From Thalassotalea hakodatensis (GTDB lineage: Bacteria > Pseudomonadota > Gammaproteobacteria > Enterobacterales > Alteromonadaceae): 32,000 bases of DNA. The stretch spans positions 1,860,066 through 1,892,065 of the forward strand of contig NZ_AP027365.1 of assembly GCF_030295995.1 (NCBI RefSeq). Reading direction: 5' to 3'. Of this stretch, positions 1-7,994 are shown in pieces (position 1 is the stretch's first letter; each line of letters opens with the position of its first letter). The position numbers were made by a program, and so were the translations under genes. Below the pieces are notes generated by a model. It saw nothing but the letters and a program-made list of their open reading frames with translations. It was not told where the DNA came from and did no database searches.

Positions 1-4
1 GTGT

Positions 5-1594
5 TTAGCTTGTTTGACTTGCTAAATATTCATCATAACTACCGGCAAAATCAATAACGCCTTCGTCTTTTATTTCAATGATACGAGTTGCCAGACTAGA
101 AACAAACTCTCGGTCATGCGATACAAAGATCAATGAACCTTCAAATTGTTCTAAGGCCATATTTAATGATTCGATCGATTCCATATCTAAATGGTTGGTA
201 GGTTCATCCATTACCAAAATGTTCGGGTTTTGCATCATTAATTTGCCAAAAAGCATTCTACCTTGCTCACCACCCGATAATACTTTTACTGATTTTTTTA
301 TATCATCAGCTGAAAATAACATGCGGCCTAACGCTCCACGAATTGATTGTTCGTCGTCACCTTCTTTGCGCCATTGGCTCATCCAATCAAATAAATTCAT
401 GTCTGCTTCAAATTCATGTGCGTGATCTTGCGCATAATAGCCAATATTATGATTTTCTGACCACTTTACTTCACCGCTATCAGGCTGAATTTCATTCATC
501 AGTGTACGTAAAAAGGTGGTTTTACCGACGCCATTTTCACCAATTACAGCAATTCGTTCGCCGACTTCTGCCATTAAATTGATATTTTTTAATACATGAT
601 TATCGTCGAAGCTCACATTCAGTTGCTCAACTTCTAACACATTACGGAATAACTTTTTCTCTTGTTCAAAACGAATGAATGGATTAACTCGACTTGACGC
701 TTTTACTTCATCAAGTTGAATTTTATCAATTTGTTTAGCACGAGACGTTGCCTGTTTAGCTTTAGATGCGTTGGCAGAAAAACGCGCAACAAAGGCTTTT
801 AAGTCTGATATTTGTGCTTGTTTTTTTGCATTATCAGAAAGTAAACGAGCGCGAGCTTGTGTAGCTGCCAGCATATATTCGTCATAATTGCCAGGATAAA
901 CGCGAAGTTCGCCGTAATCTAGATCAGCCATATGTGTACAGACCGAATTTAAAAAGTGTCGGTCATGCGAAATAATAATCATGGTTGAATCACGTTCGTT
1001 CAGGGTGTCTTCTAACCATTGTATGGTATGAATATCTAAGTTGTTGGTTGGTTCATCAAGTAATAAAATATCTGGATCAGAAAACAACGCTTGTGCGAGA
1101 AGTACTCGTAATTTCCAGCCTGGTGCCACTTCACTCATTTTACCGTAATGTTGGTCAACAGGTATGCCAACACCGAGTAGTAATTCACCGGCACGGCTTT
1201 CAGCACTGTATCCGTCCATTTCGGCATATAAAGATTCAAGGTCGCCCACACGCATACCATCTTCTTCACTCATTTCTGGTAATGCGTAGATACGGTCTCG
1301 TTCTTCTTTTACTTGCCATAATTCGGTGTGTCCGAAAATAACGGTATCAACAACGGAGTATTCTTCAAAACCAAATTGATCTTGTCGTAATTTACCAATA
1401 CGGTCATTTTGATCAAGGCTAACATTACCGCTGGTAGGTTCTAAATCACTGCCAAGTATTTTCATAAAGGTAGATTTACCACAGCCGTTGGCACCGATCA
1501 GACCATAGCGGTTACCGTTGCCAAACTTTTGCGAGATGTTTTCAAATAATGGTTTTGCAGCGAACTGCTGCGTGATGTTATTGGCGACTAAAAT
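5..1594 (-). CDS. ybiT: ABC-F family ATPase (ribosome-associated, two ABC cassettes), YbiT-like
   Basis: The track ORF 5..1465 matches the remembered E. coli YbiT sequence along its length (LSGGE signatures, Walker B LLLDEPTN and LVMDEPTN, second Walker [10 protein letters not shown]). The first Walker A (GANGCGKST, nt 1469-1495) lies upstream of the track's Met, so the gene must start earlier. The frame is open only back to TAG at 1604-1606. The only near-cognate start is ATT (1594-1592), 6 nt after AGGAG (1605-1601), which gives [12 protein letters not shown], similar to YbiT MLVSSNVTMQF. Confidence 0.9.
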   Translation of the reverse strand: MLVANNITQQFAAKPLFENISQKFGNGNRYGLIGANGCGKSTFMKILGSDLEPTSGNVSLDQNDRIGKLRQDQFGFEEYSVVDTVIFGHTELWQVKEERDRIYALPEMSEEDGMRVGDLESLYAEMDGYSAESRAGELLLGVGIPVDQHYGKMSEVAPGWKLRVLLAQALFSDPDILLLDEPTNNLDIHTIQWLEDTLNERDSTMIIISHDRHFLNSVCTHMADLDYGELRVYPGNYDEYMLAATQARARLLSDNAKKQAQISDLKAFVARFSANASKAKQATSRAKQIDKIQLDEVKASSRVNPFIRFEQEKKLFRNVLEVEQLNVSFDDNHVLKNINLMAEVGERIAVIGENGVGKTTFLRTLMNEIQPDSGEVKWSENHNIGYYAQDHAHEFEADMNLFDWMSQWRKEGDDEQSIRGALGRMLFSADDIKKSVKVLSGGEQGRMLFGKLMMQNPNILVMDEPTNHLDMESIESLNMALEQFEGSLIFVSHDREFVSSLATRIIEIKDEGVIDFAGSYDEYLASQTS

Positions 1595-1632
1595 AACAGA
1601 CTCCTAACGAGCTTAAATGAAGTAAAGAAATT

Positions 1633-1645
1633 GCGCGCGATTATA
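1633..1645 (-). promoter_or_regulatory. Candidate sigma70 -10 (TATAAT, 1645..1640 on minus) followed by GC-rich discriminator CGCGCGC; putative ybiT promoter
   Basis: The minus strand reads TGTATAATCGCGCGC about 40 nt upstream of the ybiT start. The identical 13-mer recurs upstream of ygiQ (4154-4166). No convincing -35 was seen. Confidence 0.4.
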
Positions 1646-1760
1646 CAGCAACTAACTAGTAGGTGAAATTATAAATACTGATAATTTAGTCGTTATATGG
1701 TTAATGTTAAGTAATAACACGGATGAGTTTAGTGTTGTGTTTAGACAGGGAATTGATGTG

Positions 1761-1796
1761 AAAACAACAGCTAAAATAGCTAAGCTTTAGCTGTTG
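1761..1796 (-). terminator. Rho-independent terminator candidate downstream of ygiQ
   Basis: 9-bp arms caacagcta (1765-1773) and tagctgttg (1788-1796). On the minus strand the hairpin is followed by TTTT (1764-1761). It lies 33 nt after the ygiQ stop. Confidence 0.5.
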
Positions 1797-1828
1797 ATTA
1801 CCATTATGATTACAGAGGAGGGAACCGC

Positions 1829-4081
1829 TTACCTGTTTTTGGATGAGTTATTACTCGAAAACTGGTTATTGCTGAAACGAGTCAAGCCTTGTTTACTTTT
1901 GCCCGTTTTCGTGCGTTTATTAATACCTTCACCTTTTTTAAAGCCATGAGCATTATTTTTGCCTTTACCCGCTTTCTTATAATGCTGATAATTGCCTTCT
2001 TGTCTACCTTCTGGCGGCACTAAGCAGCCTGACTTTGTGCCAATCAACTTGCGAGCTAAGCCCATTTTTGTAAGTGCTTCACGGATAATCGGCCAGTTAT
2101 TTGGATCATGGTAACGTAAAATTGCTTTGTGTAAACGGCGTTGACGACCACCTTTAGGGACAACTACAGAGTCACTGCTTTTTTTGACGTTTCTTAACGA
2201 ATCTATTTCTGTATGGTACAACGTTGTTGCGTTTGCTAGCGGTGATGGATAAAAGTTTTGTACTTGATCTAATTTAAAATCATTTTCTTTGAGCCAAAGC
2301 GCTAAGTTCACCATGTCCATATCTGTGGTGCCAGGGTGGGCTGAGATAAAATAGGGGATAAGATATTGTTTTTTGCCAGCGGCTTTTGAATACTTATCAA
2401 ACAATGTCTTGAATGCATGATAACTGCCCATGCCAGGCTTCATCATTTTATTTAATGGGCCATCTTCAGTATGTTCTGGGGCAATTTTTAGATAACCACC
2501 AACGTGGTGCTCAGCAAGCTCTTTAACATAGTCAGGGTCTTCAACGGCTAGATCGTAACGAACACCAGAGGCTATCAATACCTTTTTAATACCTTTGATT
2601 TTACGCGCTTTACGGTAAAGATTGATCGTCGGGGTATGATCGGTATCTAAATGCCCACAAATGGTTGGCCAAACACAGCTAGGTTTTCGGCAGGTAGCCT
2701 CTGCCTTAGGGCTTTTACAGCGTAGCTTATACATATTAGCCGTCGGGCCACCAAGGTCACTGATGACGCCAGTAAATCCAGGTACTTTTTCTTTTATATC
2801 TTCAATTTCATCCAGAATAGATTGCTCAGAACGCGATTGAATAATACGCCCCTCGTGTTCTGTGATACTGCAGAACGTACAGCCACCAAAACAACCACGC
2901 ATAATGTTAACGGAAGTTTTGATCATGTCGTAGGCTGGAATTTTAGCATCACCATAATTTGGGTGTGGTACACGTTGATACGGCAAGCCGAAAACACCGT
3001 CCATCTCTTTTTCACTTAACGGATATGCAGGCGGATTAAGCCAAATAATACGATCGCCATGACGCTGTACTAATGGTTTAGCAGAACCAGGATTGACTTC
3101 TTGATGGAAAATACGTGAGGCATGCGCATAAAGCATTTTATTATCTTTAACTTGCTCAAAAGTGGGCAAATTGATGTAAGTGGTAAGCCACGGTTTAGTT
3201 TTGTTTTTCCAGCTCTTGTTTTTATGTTTGTCGCTTTTAAATTCAACTATATTAACAACTTGCGTGTCTGACTTTTCGTCCACAGTTCTTTCTTGTTCAG
3301 TGGCACAGCTAGTTTCATTAATTTCTTGGTATGGGCTAACAATAGGATCAATCTTACCTGGTTTATCTATTGCTCTTGAATCTATACCATGCCATCCGGG
3401 CAATGCTTGCTTAGCTAAAAATGCTGTTCCCCTGATGTCTGTTAGCGTTTCAACAGGCTCACCTTTAGCTATTCTGTGACTTAATTCAACTAGCGGGCGC
3501 TCGGCATTGCCATACACCAGTAAATCTGCTTTGGCATCAAATAATACTGAACGACGTACTTTTTCTGACCAATAATCGTAATGCGCGATACGGCGCAAAC
3601 TTGCTTCTATGCCGCCAATAATCACAGGTACATCTTTGAATGCTTCTTTACAGCGTTGTGAGTAAACTAAAACTGCTCTATCGGGGCGTTTACCACCCTC
3701 ATTATTTGGCGTGTAAGCGTCATCATGGCGTAAGCGTTTTTCTGCGGTATAACGATTGATCATTGAGTCCATATTGCCGGCGGTAACACCGAAATATAAG
3801 TTTGGCTTGCCAAGTGCCATAAAAGCGTCTTTTGATTGCCATTCCGGTTGCGCAATAATTCCAACGCGAAAGCCTTGAGCTTCTAACATTCTGCCAATAA
3901 CAGCCATACCAAAACTTGGATGATCAACATAAGCATCACCGGTAATTAAAATAATATCGCAACTGTCCCAACCAAGCTCATCCATTTCTTTCCGAGTAGT
4001 GGGTAAAAATGTTGATGTGCCATAACACTCAGCCCAATACTTTGGGTAATCAAACAAGGTTGTTTTAGGTAATGGGATCAT
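1829..4081 (-). CDS. ygiQ: YgiQ family radical SAM protein (UPF0313)
   Basis: Close to the remembered E. coli YgiQ throughout ([23 protein letters not shown], radical SAM cluster [15 protein letters not shown], basic Lys-rich tail). Start chosen at ATG 4081 ([16 protein letters not shown]), which matches the YgiQ N-terminal length. The track start at 4144 lies only about 9 nt from the predicted transcription start and has no SD. Confidence 0.9.
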   Translation of the reverse strand: MIPLPKTTLFDYPKYWAECYGTSTFLPTTRKEMDELGWDSCDIILITGDAYVDHPSFGMAVIGRMLEAQGFRVGIIAQPEWQSKDAFMALGKPNLYFGVTAGNMDSMINRYTAEKRLRHDDAYTPNNEGGKRPDRAVLVYSQRCKEAFKDVPVIIGGIEASLRRIAHYDYWSEKVRRSVLFDAKADLLVYGNAERPLVELSHRIAKGEPVETLTDIRGTAFLAKQALPGWHGIDSRAIDKPGKIDPIVSPYQEINETSCATEQERTVDEKSDTQVVNIVEFKSDKHKNKSWKNKTKPWLTTYINLPTFEQVKDNKMLYAHASRIFHQEVNPGSAKPLVQRHGDRIIWLNPPAYPLSEKEMDGVFGLPYQRVPHPNYGDAKIPAYDMIKTSVNIMRGCFGGCTFCSITEHEGRIIQSRSEQSILDEIEDIKEKVPGFTGVISDLGGPTANMYKLRCKSPKAEATCRKPSCVWPTICGHLDTDHTPTINLYRKARKIKGIKKVLIASGVRYDLAVEDPDYVKELAEHHVGGYLKIAPEHTEDGPLNKMMKPGMGSYHAFKTLFDKYSKAAGKKQYLIPYFISAHPGTTDMDMVNLALWLKENDFKLDQVQNFYPSPLANATTLYHTEIDSLRNVKKSSDSVVVPKGGRQRRLHKAILRYHDPNNWPIIREALTKMGLARKLIGTKSGCLVPPEGRQEGNYQHYKKAGKGKNNAHGFKKGEGINKRTKTGKSKQGLTRFSNNQFSSNNSSKNR

Positions 4082-4153
4082 GTGTTGCCTATTTAATACT
4101 AAAGTGCCTATGTTCGATAAGACGCAAGCCAATTTATCTAACATAGGATTTTG

Positions 4154-4169
4154 GCGCGCGATTATAGCA
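4154..4169 (-). promoter_or_regulatory. Candidate extended -10 promoter (TGCTATAAT) with CGCGCGC discriminator; putative ygiQ promoter
   Basis: The minus strand reads TGCTATAATCGCGCGCC. This fits the TGnTATAAT consensus and has the same 13-mer as the ybiT upstream region. Confidence 0.45.
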
Positions 4170-4303
4170 TTTTTAATTATTATTGTTAGCCAAAGTTAGC
4201 TACTGTTGTTTTTTCGAGGCTTAGCTTAGGTAATTTAAATGCTTTTGTTAAATTAAGTGCGCGTAATGTTACAACATGAAGAAAACATTCAGCGCTAAAA
4301 ATA

Positions 4304-4319
4304 AACAGGTTAACCTGTT
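4304..4319. promoter_or_regulatory. Perfect 16-bp palindrome AACAGGTTAACCTGTT in the ygiQ/S9-peptidase divergent region (candidate operator)
   Basis: Read directly from the sequence. It ends 81 nt upstream of the peptidase ATG at 4401. Confidence 0.25.
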
Positions 4320-4400
4320 CTGGTTGCCAAGCGTTTGCTTTTTACGTCACACTAGGGAAAATCATTGAATAATTATTTTAACAAAACTTAAGTATTTACT

Positions 4401-6944
4401 ATGAAAAATAACATCTTACTTTTAAGTGCAGTTAGTGTTGCTTTGTTCGGTTGTGTAGCCACGACCAATGAACAAACGGCAGAATCTGTGTTGAATGAAC
4501 CAAACGTTGTCGAACAACCATCGATGACAGAACAACAAGCCAGTTTTGCGAAAGAAAAGCCTACTTCAGCACCTATCGAAAATTTAACACCGACAAAAAA
4601 CGTCACACAAAAAACGCTAGCGTCAGGTGAAATTGAATTAACGTTAGAAAAAATCATGTCAGATCCTGATTGGATGGGTAGAAGTCCCGAAGGTTGGTAC
4701 TGGGGAGATGATAGCAATACCATTTACTATCAACAAAAACGTGAAGGTAACCCCATTCGAGACTTGTTCCGTAAATCGCTACAGCAATCGGGCAACGGAG
4801 CAAAAGTTAATTTAGCAGAATACCATCAAGTAAAAGATAGGTTTGCAGTAAAAGACCAGCAGGGTAAACGTGAAGCTTATATCTTTGAAGGCAATGTATT
4901 TGTTAAAACATTGGCTACGGGTAAAGTAACTCAACTTACATATACATCTGCGGTAGAGCGTTCTCCAATGTTTCTTACAAATGGAAATGTTGCTTACCGA
5001 GTAAATAATAAATTCTTCGAACATGACCTTGCTAGCCAAACTATTAGAGAGCTTGCTAGCTTAGTGGTAAAAGATAAACCTACAGATGAACAACCGTCGT
5101 CATATCTAGCAAAAGAACAGCGTAAGCTAATTGGTTATGTCGCCTTACAACAACGTAATAAAGCATTGCGAGATGAGCAAAAAGAGCAATTAAAAGCTAA
5201 AAACGCTACTTTAACGAAGACAGAGTTTTTTTTAGGTAAAGGCAAGCGCATCGTTCATGCGAGTTTATCGCCAACAGGTGAAAAGCTTATTGTTAGCGTA
5301 GCGGAAAGCAAACCTTCTCGTGCTTCAACGGATATCATGCCGAATTACATTACGGATAATGGCGACATAGAAGCGAAAAAAGTACGTTCACGCGTAGCGA
5401 ATAATCGTAAATACCAAGAAGACGTTTTTCTGCTTGATTTAAAAACCGGGCAACAATTCCCTCTAAGTTTTGAAACACTTCCTGGGTATAACGAAGATGT
5501 GCTTGCTAGCGTAAAACAAGAAAATCATCAGCGTTTAGGCAAAACGTATCAAAGTGAAAAGTCTCCGCGTAATATTCATGTGATGCGCGCAAGTAACCCA
5601 ATCAAATGGCATGAAAACGGTCAACAAGTTGCAGTGCTACTTGAAGCTTGGGACAATAAAGATCGTTGGCTAACTACTGTAGACTTATTAGAAAATACAT
5701 TAGTGTCGCAGCATCGGCTTCATGATGAGGCATGGGTAAACTGGTCGTTTAATGAATTTGGCTGGTTAGAAGATAAACTTTATTATCTTTCTGAAGAAAG
5801 TGGCTTTTCTCATCTTTATGTCAAACCTTTAAAAGGAAAAGCTAAAAAATTAACGCAAGGTCGATTTGAAGTAAGCAATGTAACCCTGACTGAAAATAAG
5901 CGCCATTTTATTTTTAAAGCCAATAAAAAGCATCCTGGTATTTATGAAATTTACCAAGTCGCTGTTGATTCAGGCAAATTAACCGCCTTAACTGATCTTG
6001 GTGGTATGAACGACTATGCATTAAGCCCAGATGGTAAAAAATTATTAATCCAACATTCTGAGGTTACCATGCCTCCTGAATTGTACGTTAAAACGATTGA
6101 TTCAAGCAGTAAAGCAGAGCGAATTACTAACACGGTATCAAAACAGTTCTTATCAATGCCGTGGGTAGCGCCAAGCGTTGTTGCTGTGCCGTCGTCATAT
6201 CAAAGTGAACCTGTATATTCACGCGTATATTTACCGAAAAATTTTGATAAAACTGCACAGAAAAATAAAGCGGTTATGTTCTCTCATGGTGCAGGTTATT
6301 TACAAAATGCGCATTTAGGTTGGTCAGGCTATTTTCGTGAATTTATGTTCCATAGCATGTTAGTACAACAAGGCTACGTTGTGATCGATATGGATTACCG
6401 TGCATCTAAAGGTTATGGTCGAGATTGGCGAACTGCAATTTATCGTCATATGGGTAAACCAGAAGTAGAAGATATGCGTGATGGCGTTGAGTGGTTAATT
6501 GAAAATGCCAATGTTGATCGTAGAAGAATTGGTACGTATGGCGGCTCTTATGGTGGTTTTCTTACCTTAATGGCGATGTTTAAAGAGCCTGATTTATTTG
6601 AATCTGGTTCAGCATTAAGATTAGTGTCTGATTGGGCGTATTATAATCACGGTTATACGGCTAATATTTTAAACACGCCAGAAGATGACGCAATTGCGTA
6701 TGAACGTAGCTCGCCCATTTATTTTGCTGAGGGGTTAGAAAAGCCCCTGTTAATTAATGCGCCTATGGTAGACGATAACGTGTTTTTTGAAGATACAGTG
6801 CGTTTAGTACAGCGTTTAATTGAATTAGAAAAGCAAGATTTTGAAACGGCGATTTATCCGGTAGAACCCCATGGCTTTGTACAGCCAAGTTCATGGTTAG
6901 ATGAGTATCGTCGAATCTATAAGTTGTTTGAAAATACGCTTTAA
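4401..6944 (+). CDS. S9 family serine peptidase (prolyl oligopeptidase / dipeptidyl aminopeptidase-like) lipoprotein
   Basis: Signal peptide with lipobox LFGC (Cys18). A long N-terminal beta-propeller-like region is followed by a C-terminal alpha/beta hydrolase domain with nucleophile motif GGSYGG, then Asp (VDDNV) and His (EPHGF) candidates. Confidence 0.8.
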   Translation: MKNNILLLSAVSVALFGCVATTNEQTAESVLNEPNVVEQPSMTEQQASFAKEKPTSAPIENLTPTKNVTQKTLASGEIELTLEKIMSDPDWMGRSPEGWYWGDDSNTIYYQQKREGNPIRDLFRKSLQQSGNGAKVNLAEYHQVKDRFAVKDQQGKREAYIFEGNVFVKTLATGKVTQLTYTSAVERSPMFLTNGNVAYRVNNKFFEHDLASQTIRELASLVVKDKPTDEQPSSYLAKEQRKLIGYVALQQRNKALRDEQKEQLKAKNATLTKTEFFLGKGKRIVHASLSPTGEKLIVSVAESKPSRASTDIMPNYITDNGDIEAKKVRSRVANNRKYQEDVFLLDLKTGQQFPLSFETLPGYNEDVLASVKQENHQRLGKTYQSEKSPRNIHVMRASNPIKWHENGQQVAVLLEAWDNKDRWLTTVDLLENTLVSQHRLHDEAWVNWSFNEFGWLEDKLYYLSEESGFSHLYVKPLKGKAKKLTQGRFEVSNVTLTENKRHFIFKANKKHPGIYEIYQVAVDSGKLTALTDLGGMNDYALSPDGKKLLIQHSEVTMPPELYVKTIDSSSKAERITNTVSKQFLSMPWVAPSVVAVPSSYQSEPVYSRVYLPKNFDKTAQKNKAVMFSHGAGYLQNAHLGWSGYFREFMFHSMLVQQGYVVIDMDYRASKGYGRDWRTAIYRHMGKPEVEDMRDGVEWLIENANVDRRRIGTYGGSYGGFLTLMAMFKEPDLFESGSALRLVSDWAYYNHGYTANILNTPEDDAIAYERSSPIYFAEGLEKPLLINAPMVDDNVFFEDTVRLVQRLIELEKQDFETAIYPVEPHGFVQPSSWLDEYRRIYKLFENTL

Positions 6945-6973
6945 TAAATGAAGAGTATTGCTATTAAATGCTC

Positions 6974-7004
6974 AAGCCCAGCCTGAACAAGCTGGGCTTT
7001 TTTA
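6974..7004 (+). terminator. Rho-independent terminator after the S9 peptidase gene
   Basis: Stem aagcccagc / gctgggctt, loop ctgaacaa, followed by a T-run (ctttttt). Confidence 0.8.
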
Positions 7005-7108
7005 TACCAATTCTATTAAATATTTAGCCACTTAGCACTTCATTAGCGCGCTTAGAACAAGCTAAATAATTTAAGCATAGTCGCTTTATGGTTCGATTGT
7101 ATTAACAG

Positions 7109-7855
7109 TTAATCAGCAAAGTTATCGCGGTAATGATCCACCCATAGGGCAGTTGCACCACAAATGGCTACTGGCATAATAACTAAGTTAACAAAAGGTA
7201 TCATCGAACATACCGCTGTGGTAACACCAAAGCTATAACTTAACCCTTTACGCTCTGCTAATGCATGCTTCATCGCTTCAAAGGGTACTTTATGATTATC
7301 AAAAGCATAATCTTTGTATTGAATCGCCATCATCCATGCAACAAATAAAAACCACATGATTTGCCCAATGATAGGAATAAAGCTCAAGATAAAAAAGCCA
7401 ACAGCACGTGGTAAATAATAACGGAATTTACACCATTCCCTTGAAAATGTACGTGGTATATCTTTAACAATATCAAACACTGAACCAGGTGGGGGCGTTT
7501 TATTGGTAAGCTTTGCTTCGAGCTTTTCCGCTAACAGCCCATTAAACGGCGCTGCAAGCCAATTAGCAACAGAACTAAAAATAAAAGAAAAGAACACTAA
7601 AAGAAACAGTAAAGTAAGTGGTTGTACTATCCAGGTTAGCCATTGTAAAAACTCAGGAAGCCAAGACTCGAATGCTAGCATCCATTCATCAAGTTTTGTA
7701 AATAAATAACTGAACGCAACGGCGAATAAACACAAGTTGACTGATAACGGTATAAATACAAATCGTTTAACGCCTTTCATTCTGATTAAAGAAAAACCAA
7801 GTAATAAATAGCCGGCGCCGCTATAAGCTAAGGGAGAAGAGTGGTTTTGCTGCAT
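7109..7855 (-). CDS. cysZ: Sulfate transporter CysZ
   Basis: Matches remembered E. coli CysZ motifs (NWLAAPFNGLLAEKLEA, AIQYKDYAFDNHKVPF, VAICGATALWVD). It is divergent from the zipA-ligA region as in other gammaproteobacteria. Confidence 0.9.
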   Translation of the reverse strand: MQQNHSSPLAYSGAGYLLLGFSLIRMKGVKRFVFIPLSVNLCLFAVAFSYLFTKLDEWMLAFESWLPEFLQWLTWIVQPLTLLFLLVFFSFIFSSVANWLAAPFNGLLAEKLEAKLTNKTPPPGSVFDIVKDIPRTFSREWCKFRYYLPRAVGFFILSFIPIIGQIMWFLFVAWMMAIQYKDYAFDNHKVPFEAMKHALAERKGLSYSFGVTTAVCSMIPFVNLVIMPVAICGATALWVDHYRDNFAD

Positions 7856-7994
7856 TATTAACCTTTACTTTTCTGAAATAAAAATAGTATACCTAGCAAA
7901 GTTGTAACAGAGAAGGAAACACAGGTGCTAAAGCCGATATTTTCTGGTAGAGTCAGTTTATAAAAGCAATATATCATGCGGGCTACAAGCGTAA

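Noticed and set aside
78-1341. Plus-strand ORFs 78..425, 343..582 and 985..1341
   Set aside because: They lie entirely antisense to the strongly conserved ybiT coding sequence and have low-complexity, unfamiliar translations. They are shadow ORFs.
2822-3479. Plus-strand ORFs 2822..3019 and 3180..3479
   Set aside because: Antisense to conserved ygiQ, with no start context or recognisable domains.
4082-4144. 21-codon N-terminal extension of ygiQ (track start ATG 4144)
   Set aside because: The extension ([21 protein letters not shown]) has no counterpart in the remembered YgiQ N-terminus and lacks an SD. It would begin only about 9 nt from the transcription start predicted by the TGCTATAAT box.
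4276-4368. 30-codon ORF (MKKTFSAKNKQVNLFWLPSVCFLRHTRENH) spanning the 16-bp palindrome
   Set aside because: No SD and no recognisable family, in AT-rich intergenic DNA where such ORFs arise by chance. It cannot be supported from sequence alone.
4388-5039. Minus-strand ORFs 4388..4723 and 4812..5039
   Set aside because: Antisense to the S9 peptidase gene; shadow ORFs.
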